Assembly: GCA_951406725.2 (NCBI GenBank)
Contig: OX597838.1
Coordinates: 43,090,001-43,154,000, forward strand
Direction: 5' to 3'
DNA length: 64,000 bases
DNA from: Octopus vulgaris
Taxonomy: Eukaryota
In this document: one piece after another, positions 39,231 through 52,458 of the stretch
Layout: every line of letters starts with the position of its first letter
How positions within the stretch are numbered: position 1 is the first letter of the stretch
The notes under the pieces: generated by a model
What the model saw: the letters and a program-made list of their open reading frames with translations, nothing else
Databases searched by the model: none
What the model was told of the DNA's origin: nothing
Program-made: the position numbers and the translations under genes

Positions 39231-39557
39231 TGTATATAAGCAATGATAAAACTTTTAGGTAATTAAGTGCTACCATAACAGAAAATAACATAATGATTGA
39301 TGCCCCAACTTTGAAAATGAAGATATTGATTAAGATGGATTGAATAAAATGAGTTTAAAGTCAACAAAAGTCAAGAGACAACATTTACTGGGAAATGCAC
39401 TCAATGCAAAATCAGAGTGTAAATGTTTTATCAGAAAAGAGAAAATATACAGAAAATGTGATTGCTTTGTTTAACTGGCAACAGCTTGTGAGACAAGGTG
39501 TTGCCAAAAACTCTCTAAAGTTATGATTCATTTTCTCTAATGATAATTAAAACTGTA

Positions 39558-39596
<39 letters not shown>

Positions 39597-39799
39597 CACC
39601 TGGTGTAAAACATTACATCATGCTGGTAAGAATCATTCAATGATTGTCTGGATACCAGATAAAAATCCATATTTTGATTGATTCATTCGTTTAAAAGGTA
39701 CATTAAGGAATATATAAATATATAGATTTAAAATGCATGTCAGCATGGTGGAAAAGGGACGTTGAATGATGACGATAAGAATGATGATGACGACGCGAT

Positions 39800-39810
39800 A
39801 CATATATGTG

Positions 39811-39890
<80 letters not shown>

Positions 39891-39917
39891 CATATATATA
39901 TACATATATATATATAT

Positions 39918-39953
<36 letters not shown>

Positions 39954-40160
39954 GTTTAACGTCCGTTTTCCGCGCTAGCACGGGTTGGACGGTTTCGACC
40001 GGGGTCTGGGGAGCTCGGGACTGCCCCAGGCTCCAGTCTAGTCTGGCAGTGTTTCTACAGCTGGATGCCCTTCCTAACGCCAACCACTCCACGAGTGTAG
40101 TGGGTGTTTTTTTACATATATATATATATATATATATATGTATATGTATATATATATATG

Positions 40161-40238
<78 letters not shown>

Positions 40239-40242
40239 CAGC

Positions 40243-40296
<54 letters not shown>
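39800..40296. repeat. (TA)n microsatellites around an RTE 3' tail (39919-40110)
   Basis: Visible directly. Confidence 0.9.
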
Positions 40297-40297
<1 letters not shown>

Positions 40298-40473
40298 GGT
40301 TTGGCCAGAGCTGGTAAGCTGGAAGGCTGCCCCAGGTTCCAGTCTGGTTTGGCATGGTTTCTATGGCTGGATGCCCTTCCTAATGTCAACCACTTTACAA
40401 AGTATCCTGGCTGCTTTTACTTAGCACCAGCATAAGTGCTTTCCACATGGTGCCAGCACAGGGCTCTTGCAGT

Positions 40474-40745
40474 CAGGGCTGAATTAAGACCAATCAAGGC
40501 CCTAAGCACTTAATAGATTTTGATGTCCCCCTAAAAGATTATGTAATTCAAAATATAAACAATAACAAACCATAAAATAAATTTTATTCTTCAAAACGAA
40601 ACAAAAGAGTAAGAGGGAAAATGATGTTTATTTTTGTCTAATTTCAATTTTATTTAGATTTGAAAAGTTTCCTCCGACTTTTTTGAATTGCAAAGTCTTT
40701 GATAAGATCCTCGAAATTAATCTGAGCCAACACATCTGCCAACAC
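40474..40745 (-). mobile_element. hAT transposon 3' end relic
   Basis: VLAQINFEDLIKDFAIQKSRRKLF resembles the extreme C-terminus of hAT transposases; CAGGGC terminus. Confidence 0.65.
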
Positions 40746-41190
40746 ATACATATACATATATATATATATATATATAATATATATATATATGCAGCACGGA
40801 CTTTGTCAGTGAACAGGTCGCGGATTTTAGCGACGAAAATATTTTGACAAATTAAACTTAAATGTTGAAGTGAATCGAACGGCTTTTGTGTGTTTCTTAA
40901 ATGGCTTACAAATACCTTCCACGCTGCAATTGTTTTCGTTTCAGCACACGATCTCAGATCAAATTACTTGCTATGCGAGTACATCTCCGTAAATATATAT
41001 ATATATATATACATATAAATAAATATACAAATATACATACATATATATACATAAGCAAATCGTACATACATGTGTGTGTGTGTGTGTGTATTTTTGGATA
41101 TTTGTTTATTATCCATTTGTATATATTAGATAATATGTGCCGCATGTTTAGTATATCAATATTATTATTATACTTTTCAAGTTAATTATA

Positions 41191-41321
41191 TCCTCTGATG
41201 AGGCCTATGGTTCTTTAACATATAAGTATAATTTTTAATGCCTACAACCCTAATATACTGACATCTATAGGCAATGAAAATTAGATTGACTTTTGACCAT
41301 AGGCTGAAACAGCTGTAAGGA
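41191..41321 (+). ncRNA. Type I hammerhead ribozyme with 10-bp stem II and 84-nt loop 2
   Basis: TCCT-CTGATGA-GGCCTATGGT...ACCATAGGCT-GAAAC-AGCT-GTA-AGGA: intact core, palindromic loop 3, GUA site. Confidence 0.85.
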
Positions 41322-41372
41322 GCAGTTAATGAATTTCAATAATTTATAAAATATCTTTTGAAATATGTATTT

Positions 41373-41432
<60 letters not shown>

Positions 41433-41565
41433 TACCTATTGATTTATATAATGTTTTGTTTGCTTTTAATGTTCTCATTTGTATAATTAATAAATAATGT
41501 AAAATTGTAATATCCATAAGTTGATGAAATGAGCTGAATTTGTTTCTCCATTTTCTTATTTGTAG

Positions 41566-41621
<56 letters not shown>

Positions 41622-41721
41622 ATCCAAACAAGAAAACACAAAAAAACAAAAAAAACACAGCAACGCGAGGACGTGGAACAAATAAAGTATTATTGGACGC
41701 TCAGGAAAGAAGGGAAGGAGG

Positions 41722-41756
41722 GTTTAACGTTTCGAGCGGAGCTCTTCGTCGGAAAC
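41722..41756 (-). ncRNA. Minimal hammerhead ribozyme with CCGACGA core variant
   Basis: GTTT-CCGACGA-A-GAGC-TCC-GCTC-GAAAC-GTT-AAAC, inside a short repeat at about 41620-41830. Confidence 0.75.
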
Positions 41757-41862
41757 AAAGGAGAAGGAAAGATCCCAAGGAGGGAAGACAGAGGAAAAAA
41801 CATTGCTGGTGGTGCTCACGAGGTCACATATATATAAAGTGGTTACTTTATGTGCTCTGAAG

Positions 41863-42201
41863 GCGCATGGCTCAGTGGTTAGAGCGTCGAGCTTACGATC
41901 GTGAGGTTGTGAGCTCGAATCCCGGACCGGGCTGCGTGTTGTGTTCTCGAGCAAGGCACTTTATTTCACGTTGCTCCAGTTCACTCAGCTGTAGAAATGA
42001 GTTGCGACGTCACAGGTGCCAAGCTGTATCGGCCTTTGTCTTTCCCTTGGATAACACTGGTGGCGTGGAGAGGGGAGGCCGGTATGCATGGGCGACTGCT
42101 GGTCTTCCATAAACAACAACCTTGCCCGGACTTGTGTCTAGGAGGGTAACCTTCTAGGTGCAATCCCATGGTCATTCATGGCCGAAGGGGGTCTTTACCC
42201 T
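41863..42201 (+). mobile_element. Well-preserved full-length tRNA-derived SINE
   Basis: A box TGGCTCAGTGG, B box GCTCGAATCC, TTTACC-type tail; direct repeat TTACTTTATGTGCTCTGAAG at 41843-41862 and 42202-42221. Confidence 0.9.
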
Positions 42202-42529
42202 TTACTTTATGTGCTCTGAAGTAATTTTGTTTTCTAATGTTGACACGTGTTTGCCTGATGAACTTAATAATATCCATAATTCGTAGGGCACTTGAAGACA
42301 TCTGCAAAGACACATGTTTTATACATATAGCAACACATGTAAATGCATTCAACATGCCAATAATTATTTGCTTCCGCTTCTCTCTTACTCTCTCTCTCTC
42401 TCTATATATATATATACACATCTGTTCACAACCAGGAACAGATGTGAACAGCCCAGCTAAGGGATAAAACCAGAGTAGATTGTCAAGTTTTATGATACAT
42501 ACTCTGTATCTATCATCTCTCTCTCTATC

Positions 42530-42590
<61 letters not shown>

Positions 42591-42791
42591 ATCTATCTAT
42601 CTATCTATCTATATTTATGTGTGTGTGTATATATATATATATATATGTATGTATTTATATGTATATATATAGGTGCAGGAGTCGCTGTGTGGTAAGTAGC
42701 TTCCTTACCAACCACATGGTTCTGGGTTCAGTCCCACTGCATGGCACCTTGTGAGTGGATTTGATAGATGGAAACTGAAAGAAGCTTGTCG

Positions 42792-42848
<57 letters not shown>

Positions 42849-43198
42849 ATATGTATATATATCACGTGATCACGTACCAACCAAGCTATCAGATGTTGCT
42901 ACACATCGCTGGTCACAATGCGCTTTGCATTGTTTTTGCCCTCAAATGACACCCCACTGGCTAAGCGAGCAGGCTGTATGTATGTGTGTATATATATATA
43001 TATATACACACATACATACATATATATATACAGATAAGAAAATTGGTTTGTGAAAGCACGTGGTTGAATATATAGAAAATAGTAAAAAGTGAAAAAACTA
43101 CAGAAGGCTTAAAGGTTAAAAAATATATATATATTTGCGTCAATATGTCTGAAGAATATTAAAATTTTTTTTTTTTCTTACAATGACATAGTTTAGAA

Positions 43199-43233
43199 GA
43201 AAGACCGGTTTCGCGTTTAGCTTTTCAAATTTC
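43199..43233 (-). ncRNA. Degenerate hammerhead-like motif
   Basis: GAAA-TTTGAAAA-GC-TAAAC-GC-GAAAC-CG-GTC-TTTC; 3' half canonical, 5' core altered. Confidence 0.4.
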
Positions 43234-44713
43234 TTACGACGTTATATATATATATATATATATATATAAATTGACAGAATGAGATAAAATAACCAAGGTA
43301 GTAAATAGATTTTGTAATCAATTTATATCTATGCTTGCTAATACAGGAGCCACGTTGGACTCCTCACTCGTATCATTATCGAGCCTGGAGATTAATCATA
43401 GTCTATAGCACATACTTAGCATCTACCCAATACATTTTGGGTCTTCCTGACACCAATACCTTTCATACCCTTGATATATATATATATGCGCAGGAGTGGC
43501 TGTGTTGTAAGTAGCTTGCTTACCAACCACGAGTTCATTCCCACTGCGTGGCACCTTGGGCAAGTGTCTTCTACTATAGCCTCAGGCTGATCAAAACCTT
43601 GAGTGGATTTGGTAAACGGAAACTGAAAGAAGCCCGTCATATATGTATGTATTTGAGTGTCTGTGTTTGTCCCCCCCACCACCACCATCTGCATCTCTTG
43701 ACATCCGATGTTGATATGTTTACGGTGGAATCAGCAGGAACGTTCTTTGAATTATTAATATATGCAGCGGATCGTGCTAAGGCAGGGACACATTGAGCAA
43801 TTACCAGAGTTGCAGGACCCCAGTTTTGATCCACGTGTTCTGTGACTTGCTGTTAATAAATACTTTAGGGTGCAGCGCTTTGGCTTGCCAGGAGGCCTAT
43901 GATGCAGTCGAAACGTTTCTATACAGACGTCATTGTGTGACATAGTTGACATTTACCTCCTCAACAAATCTTCCGCTGGCTTTGCGCCTTCAAAGATGAA
44001 TATGGGATCTCTTGCGGCTGTTGGAGACTGATTAGTAACAACCTCAACTCATCTGTGCTTGTATAAAACATGGATGTAAAAAGAAACGAAACGAAACGAC
44101 TATTCATTAAAATGAAGCAACAATTTGGTGAAAGAGAAAGACTGCTTAGTCGCATAAATTGAGAAACAAGGTGTAGCTTCTAAAGTCTGGAGCAGTTCTC
44201 TCTGAAAATGTGGCCTGAAGCATCTCGTTAAAGATGATAGTTTCGCTGAAGGTAAATTTGATCTAATTTCCAGCAGCACTGGAAAACAGTGACCTTCTTT
44301 CTGAGTTGAATATTTATTCATTTATATTTGTAACAATGGATTCAACGAATAAAAAGGGTAGACAAATTCAGATTCAAATATTTTAGCGAAGATTTAATCT
44401 CTTCGATTCATTTTAAATAAATTAACTGACATTGGACGATGAATTGGACTGAATCGTTAGTGCGGCGGACAAATTGCTTAACGACAGTTCTTCCTACTCT
44501 TTACAATCTAAGTTCAAATTCCGTCGAGATCAACTTTGCCTCTGCTCCTTTCTAAATCGATAAAATGTGCACGAATTGAGAATCGAAGCAATCCACTGGC
44601 CCCACTCCCCTGAATTTCAGGCTTTATTCCTATGGCAGAAAGGAATCATTTTCCATCATTTTAATATATTTTTTGTATAACTTATTCCATTTTTCGTTTT
44701 TGGATTTGGTCGA

Positions 44714-44843
44714 CTATTGAAAAGGTTGCAAGACGCAACGAAAATTTTAGGGAAATAAAAATAAGAAATAGGTGGAAATTTTAACGGTGTGTGTGTTAAA
44801 TAATAAGGCACAAAAAGAAAATTACTCTCCCCAGACACAACAG
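44714..44843 (+). mobile_element. Short repeat with degenerate hammerhead-like motif
   Basis: CTA-TTGAAAA-G-GTTGC-AAGAC-GCAAC-GAAA-ATTT-TAG followed by the same arm sequence that is inverted at 51150-51347. Confidence 0.5.
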
Positions 44844-46442
44844 ATTATTCCATTTTTATTGCCCATAGGGTGCTAAACATAGAGGGGACAAACAAGGACA
44901 GACGAAGGGATTAAGTGCGTAACTGGTACTTATTTAATCGATCCCGAAAGGATGAAAGGCAAAGTTGAATTCGGAACATGGAATTCGCCCGGCGTGCTAG
45001 CGACCCTACCAAGGCTCGCCGCCGTCGGGCGAGCCTTGAACGGGCAATGGAGTAGGGGAGATAACTCTAGATAACTTTACGCCAACTTTATTACCAGAAT
45101 CCATTTGTTTGTCTTTGTTGAACATTTTCGGGGAATTCTAGGTATTTGGGACAAACTATTTCCGTTTATTTTTCAAAATATGCGTTCACTGAAGCAATCG
45201 ATATACAAAGTGTTCTCTATATTCTGACAGAAACCTGTTTTTTTTTGTCTCTAGTTTAATGAAGACGAGATCAGAATTTGTCTTATCGACAAAATAAGTG
45301 GTAAACACGGACATCATTTATTCGTTTCTGGTGATTTCAAACATCAGCAAATAAATTGGTAGAATCGATGACCAAGACGAAAGTTGTTTGACTTCGAATG
45401 AACCGTTCTTTTCTGAAGAATGAAAGCCCCCCCCCCCCGCCACCGCTTCAATTAGGTTCCGTTGAACCCTGTGGCGTGCGACCAGTTGCTGGGATAAAAG
45501 AAAAATTCCCAAAAATCGTTTCAGCTTTAACAGAAACGTTTAAAATAATTAAACGAAAGTTCTCCGCTAATTTTCTTTCATGGAAATAAATGTTTATATA
45601 AATTTCAAACATAGAAAAAAATATTAACCAAAAAAAAAAACATTTAAAGGGGAATAACTTTTATCGACTTACTCATCAGTCTGTATCTTCTTCCCTCCCC
45701 TTAACTATCATTTATATAAATGTTCTCTTTAATGAAACCTTATTGGTGATAACATGAAAATTATTTTAAAATGTTAATTTTACCCTACATGCTCTTAAAT
45801 ATCCACTTAGCATAATGCAATGAGTCCCCTCCTCCTTTTGTCACCACTGAATACACGGGTTGATTTACTTATTCGTTTACATCTATTATTTATTGACTGA
45901 TCAATTCTGACAGCTTCTGCTTGGGCGCAGGAATGGCTGTGTAGTTGGAAGTTTGCTTTCCAAGTACATGGTTCTGAGTTCCGTAGCCCCTTGGGCAAGT
46001 ATCTTCTTCCATAACCTCAGATCGACCAAGGCTATGTGAAGGGATTTGGTCGACAGAAACTGGAAGTATCGCTTTAGATTCAATTTTTATATTTTATAGT
46101 ATTTCGGGGGCTACTTTGGCGTGTGACCCACAACTTGAAGGCCAATTGCTTTAGGTTACTTTTTAGTTTAATTTGTGGAGGTGCTATTCTGGCGCGCGAT
46201 CTATGCGCTTGTTTTATTTATTATGTTGTTTATTCTTGGTGTCTTATTACTATTTACTGAGACATACATTCGCCTCGTGAAAGCATTTCCTATGAACGTC
46301 TAAGTGTTTCCGTATTAGCTGAAAGGCGTCCGGCAGCAGTGGTGGAATCGCTAAATCCAGTTTTCTACTCATTTGAACGTCATCAGTGGCAAGACTCCAA
46401 CATCAACCGCTTGCTTAGACAAATCTATCTTCTACTGATATA

Positions 46443-47011
46443 CAGGGTGTCCCTAAAGGCTGGACACAGGAAATCTCATATGTTGGGGCCAGTTTACTTC
46501 CATGAACATGTAACTGGTGAGGCTTTACTCGCCGTGTTGTGAGATCAGTTAATGCCCCAGCTTGAAAGGCCGGGTAAAGGACTTCCTGAGTTGTTCCAAC
46601 AGGGTTGGCACCCCTGTCCATTTCGCCACGGTGGTAAGCGTTTAGCTGAATGACAATTTCCCTAACTGGACTGGAAGACGTAGTCATGTGGAGTGGTCTC
46701 CTCGTCCACCAGACTTTTGCCCCCTTGACTTTTTTTCTGGGGTATGTTAATGGAGAAAGTGCACTCAATGAAAATCATAAATGATGGCATGAAGAGTGAA
46801 TCTGCTCAAACTGATGCCAGTTTGCAATCGTTGCATCGGGTTCACGTAAATCCTGCAAAGCACATCAACCTGCTGCATCCCAAATGGTGGAAATCATTTT
46901 GATGATGCTGTTTGTTAATATTCCAAATGAATAAAATGTTGTTGAAAATCTTACGCGTATTTCTTGAAAATATACATTTTGCCCATGTGTCCAGACTTTA
47001 GGGACATCCTG
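46443..47011 (+). mobile_element. Internally deleted Tc1/mariner-superfamily element (maT/rosa-like)
   Basis: TIRs CAGGGTGTCCCTAAAG.CTGGACACA / TGTGTCCAG.CTTTAGGGACATCCTG with TA TSDs; remnant WTGR...WSPRPPDFCPLDFF. Confidence 0.85.
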
Positions 47012-47819
47012 TAGAAAAACAGTGATTAAAAACACCATTGGCATCACAAGTCAATACAAGAAGCTTTCTTGCGGCGAATTTGGCAGTTTTGTGGCTTTCT
47101 GCGTTATATCCACGTTTAAGTAAGATAAACAGAATGCTATTTGCAATTAATGGTGATGCCATCGCTAAAAGCGAATTCTTTTTTAATCTTTTGAATTAAG
47201 ACATCCATTGGAGCAGAACTGATGGAAATAATAGTAAAATATTGATACCTTTGCAAACAAAGATTCGTTAATATCTCTATTTAATTAAATTGGATTCACA
47301 ATTAATTATTGTAATATTAGATCTCTTAAATGGGATTCTCATTTAAATAATTCATAATTAGGATCTACGTCTGATTCACGAGAAACTAGGGAAATCCATG
47401 GAGTTCCTATAGAGTAATCCTTTTACGAGGCCCAAACAAGCTCATCGTGTATTTTCTTCATTAAAAACTATACTTTAACTTAAAATGCATGTAATACCAC
47501 AACTAATAAAAACAATTTATCCAATTTTCCCACTGTACCCGCATTTTCTTTCGCGTATCATCACATCTATGATACCTGATTGCCTGTTTGTTAATAAAAT
47601 TTCTATACTGTAACTGTTGCCTGAATTGTGTGTCCCCACAACTTTCTTTAAAACGCGTAATTTTTAATGAAAATATTCAGATATGACATTTTAGATTTTG
47701 CAGAATAACATTATATGATGGGGGAATATTGAAAACCACCCTTTTCTTTTTGCATGTTTATCACCCCAATCCGACCAAATTTTAAATGAATATTTTTTTT
47801 TGCTTTCATGAAAAATTTC

Positions 47820-47978
47820 CAACTGTATATATACATAAATACATATCTATATATATGTACATATATAATTATAATTATGTATATAATTATAGAATATTTT
47901 GTACACACACACATATATATATGATCTATCTCATATATATATATATATACTTACATATATGTATCATATATGTATGTG

Positions 47979-48010
<32 letters not shown>

Positions 48011-48034
48011 TACAAATGTGTTTGTGTATGTATG

Positions 48035-48072
<38 letters not shown>

Positions 48073-48240
48073 CATACATATATACATATGTGTATGTATG
48101 TATGTATATATATATATATACATACATATATACATGTGTATGTATGTATATATATATATATATGCACACACATACATACATATGTGTATGTGTATGTATG
48201 TGTATATATATATATATACATACATACATACACCTATGTA
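47820..48240. repeat. Compound (TA)n/(TATG)n microsatellite
   Basis: Visible directly. Confidence 0.95.
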
Positions 48241-49099
48241 AACAATATACAAGAGAAAGAGAAAGCCACTACATGGTCGCCAGAGCCATAGAAATAGCAA
48301 CCAAATCTCCTACAAATTACACTGTTATATAAAAAATAACAGCACCCCACCCGCTAACGCCTAGATGTCAGCTACCCGACTTCACACAAACCTCCATCAT
48401 ACACACCCACTTATTGACATTACCATCCACCCAACTGCCACCCTAATTATACCTCACCCTTACTCTCAAACTCTTCTATATCCTCTAACCCAGCTGTTGA
48501 CTCGAGCTGCTTTTTGTTTTATTGCTATTTTGTGATTTTACTAACTTTTCTTTATAAACACACAGTTGTGACATAACAGTAACCTTAAAACCAGCACTCA
48601 TCCAGACATACACGTGAGAGAGTATCTATCTTCATATCTATCTGTCTCTCTCTCTCTCTCTGTATCTATCTCTCTCTCTCTCTCTCTCTGTATCTATCTA
48701 TCTCACTCACTCACTCTCTCTCTCTCTCTATCTCACTCACTCACTCACTATATATCTACCTATCTATCTATCTATCTATCTATCTTTCTATCTTTTCTCT
48801 CTATATAGCTATTCATCTCTCTCTCTACCTCTCTATCCATCTCTCTCTCCTTCTCTTTCTCCTTTTCTCTCTCTTTCTCTATATATATCAACATCAGTAT
48901 AAACAAAGTGGACATAAAATATAAATTATGCAACGACATGAAACTACATTAAAATTTAAATTAATTAAAATTAATTAGTGTAAGATGAGGACGTAATCTC
49001 ACATTGAAAAAACATGATTTATTTCTAAACTTTGAAAAAAACATTTGTAAAACATCCGTAGGTGCAGGAGACGTGGCTGCATGGTAAGAAGTTTGCTGC

Positions 49100-49520
49100 C
49101 CAAGGACAACTTATAATAACAAGACTAAGATACAGGAAATTCACAATCAAGCACAACGTATGTGCATTCCCATCATCAGCTGCCAAACTGCTATCACTGT
49201 GGTTTTGACACTTGGGCAGTGCCATTCAATCTGGTCGGTGTCAACAGCATCAAGAATATACTATAAAAGCTGCCTGGGAATTCACCAGAAACAACATCAG
49301 ACAAAACTAACAGTGGTAACTTATAGCTACAAAATGATACTTATGGCAAAGTACTTATTCCAAAAAGGAGATTCAGTCAATGCAACAAGCATAGATTACA
49401 AGTTACTTGGTTACTCAACCAACATCATATCCAAAACAAGCCTTGAAAAGGTCAGTGGAACAGTAAACAACATCCTTGAACAAGGAAAAGGACTTGCTTT
49501 GATGAATATTTATAAAACAA
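49100..49520 (+). mobile_element. Possible decayed L1/Tx1 ORF2 C-terminal fragment
   Basis: CYHCG...HSIWS and KMILMAKYLFQK across frames, weakly like the L1/Tx1 zinc-finger C-terminus. Confidence 0.3.
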
Positions 49521-49729
49521 GTTCATCATTGTTATTATTATCAGCATTTAATGTCTTCTTTCCATGCTGGCATGGATTGGACAGTTTGACAGGAGCTTTG
49601 GTGTCTGTTTTGGCAGGTTTTTACGGCTGGATGCCCTTCTTAACACCAACCACCCCACAGAGTGGACGATACTATAAAAGTTCAATGCTATAAAATATAG
49701 TTACCAAATAAATTGTTTATTAAAAGTAA

Positions 49730-49782
<53 letters not shown>

Positions 49783-49785
<3 letters not shown>

Positions 49786-50030
49786 AGAGTAAGCACATGA
49801 ATGTGAAACAAGGTGGGGGAAAAATAGTACTCGAATACCGGAGGTAGAGTAATATGCTTTATTAAAAAAGCTGCAAAGACATCACAAAAAATCTCAAAAA
49901 GCTGCTACTCAGAGCTTCATGTTCCTGCTCATCGGGCAGTGGTGATTCTGAATCACCACTGCCTGATGAATGGGAAACTCTGAGTAGTAGTTTTTTGTGA
50001 TATTTTTGTGGTGTTTTTGGAACTTTAATA
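49783..50030. mobile_element. Fold-back element with two head-to-head hammerhead motifs
   Basis: Palindrome centred at 49949 (GGCAGTGGTGATTC-T-GAATCACCACTGCC); minus HHR CTGC-CCGATGA...GAAGC-TCTGA-GTA-GCAG (49902-49939); plus HHR CTGC-CTGATGA..GAAAC-TCTGA-GTA (49959-49990). Confidence 0.75.
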
Positions 50031-50146
50031 TGATGATGATGATGATGATTATTTAATGTCCAACCCAGACCAACATGGAAACCAGACATTAAATGATAAT
50101 GATATATACATACATATATGTATGTATATCTATGTATATACATACA

Positions 50147-50204
<58 letters not shown>

Positions 50205-50989
50205 ATGAGCTTCTTTCATCTACAATTCACTAATAAGGCTTTGGTCAGCCTGGAACAATAGTATAAGATAATTGCTCAAGGTGCCACACAGTGGGACTGA
50301 ACCTGAAGCCATGTGTTGTGAAGCAAGCTCCTCAACCACACAACCACACCTGCACCATGTTCTTGTATTTTCTTGAGAATCAACCAAAAGCCAAATTCTA
50401 CTCTCTTTGTATCTCTTTTTGTGCTCCTCACTCAACTAAAACTCATAACCCCCAAATAGGTCCCTTCCCATGCCACCATACAGTTAGGACAGAGAATTCT
50501 GTGTACAATACTAAAAGGGAAGCATCTACCATTTCTACAATGCAGTACCTCTCAGTGGGTCTGAACCTGAAGCCACATATTTGCCACCCCACAGCTAAGC
50601 CTGTACATGGCTGTGACATTAAGTGGATGAGAGATAAATGCTATCCTTTGATAGGAAGGCAATCAATCTCTGGTAACCTTTCTGCTGAACTTGTCATGTA
50701 CAGAGTGCAACTGCAGTTTATAGAAGTGAATTTTAACAGCAAAAGTGCTGTATCTATTTACAGTTAGACATGGAATCATTCTCCACAAACACAATTCTTT
50801 GATCGTAACAAGATACACATAACTGATCTGTCAGTATGTAAAAATGGTCTTCTGCACTTTATTTTGTTGCTCAGCAGCATTCAGTTGTCAGACGAAATGA
50901 AGGAAGGAGAGTTTTGAGTTGAAATCTTACTGAAGCCGACTCTCATCACCTCCTCAGCCATTATTAAGTCATGAAGAAATGTGTTACAG

Positions 50990-51487
50990 TTAGACTTTTG
51001 CTATCAACCTGCCTGTGACAACCTCTGCTTCTATCATACAACATCCTTGTCTTAAAGTGACTGAAATCAAAGCCTTTCATCAAAATTCCATGTTAATTTC
51101 TGTTCCAAACACCATTTGAAGAACAACAATGCTATTCTATTTATTTCTTTGTTGTGTCTGGGGAGAGTCATTCTCTTTTAGTGCCTTATTATTCAACACA
51201 CTCTCCAGTAAAATTTCCACTTATTTCTTATTTTTATTTTCCTAAATTATCTTAGGAAAATAAAAATAAGAAATAAGTGGAAATTTTACCAGTGAGTGTG
51301 TTGAATAATAAGGCACTAAAAGAGAATTAATCTCCCCAGACACAACAGAATATGCTTCAACACACGAACTCACATAAAGAATCTTGCAAACCAAATCCAA
51401 AAACGAAATTTGTTTCTTTATTATTTTCAAAATTCATACAAACAAAGGTGATGTGTTTCAACCGAAATATGGTAACAAAAGGGTTAA
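50990..51487. mobile_element. piggyBac-like MITE interrupted by a fold-back
   Basis: Ends GGTAACAAAAGGG-TTAA; related pieces at about 32670-32880 and 33570-33720. Confidence 0.55.
51150..51347. repeat. Near-perfect inverted repeat, 96-bp arms, 6-nt spacer
   Basis: 51150-51245 versus 51252-51347 with few mismatches. Confidence 0.92.
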
Positions 51488-51635
51488 AGTGATCTTGGAC
51501 ATGGTAGCTGTTTAAAGAATGTGTTATTCAAATTTTGAACATTGTTATGAACTCCTGTAGCAGTGGGGAAATACCCCCAACTGAAAGTATGACTTGTACT
51601 AGGGTGGGAAAACTAAATAGGAGATCCTGCTGTCA

Positions 51636-51857
51636 ATGATGATGATGATGATGTTGATGACGATAATGATGACAATGATAATGATGAATGATGATGATGA
51701 AGCTGATGGTAAGGACAATGATAATAACAAGGACAATGATGATGATTATGACAATGATAATGATAATGACGATGATGATAACGATGACGATAGTAATAAT
51801 GATAATAACGACAAATACAATGACGATGATGATGATGGCAATAATGATAATGATGAC

Positions 51858-51891
<34 letters not shown>

Positions 51892-51925
51892 GTGACATCT
51901 CTGACAATGGTAACGATGATAATGG
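51636..51925. repeat. Degenerate (GAT/AAT/GAC)n trinucleotide repeat
   Basis: Visible directly. Confidence 0.95.
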
Positions 51926-52458
51926 CAATTGTGACATAAGTTCTAAGGAAAAGTTTCTTGTATTCTAAGTAACTTTACTTTGCATTGTTTGACCTTTTAC
52001 ACAATTTCACAATCTCACACACACACACACAGAGAAAAAAGAAAATTCTAAAAAACAGCCAGTCTTTTTTTTTTTTAGTTTTTCACTTTTCTCTCTGACG
52101 TGTGCGTGTGTGTGTGTGTGTGACCCATCTGTTTTTGACCTTTTATATCTGAGAGACATGAAATTAATACAATTTTTTTGTTTGTTTTTAAAATTCTGGG
52201 AATCCAAGACTTAACTGGCAGCAACTGTCTCCTGCGACACATCAGTCCTGTATTGCTGGGTGCCGGACAAAAGAGGGCAGCCAGAAAGAGAGAAAGTCAG
52301 GAAAGAAAGATTGAAGTTTCCTTGGTTGAAATAACAGCCCTGATCTTAAAAATTTGGTTTACCCTTACCCCACATAGCATAATGAATTGGAGCAGTTCGC
52401 CTTTAGAGCCTAGCTTTTCTACAGTTGTCCTGGACAGTTTATAAACTTCAGTACTATA

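Noticed and set aside
41863-41935. tRNA-like sequence (also near 1620-1693, 34586-34663, 55945-56015)
   Set aside because: SINE heads: no complete acceptor stem, and they continue directly into SINE bodies.
51636-51968. Asp/Asn-rich or poly-Met ORFs (also 59716-60237)
   Set aside because: Trinucleotide repeats open in several frames, with no splice or domain support.
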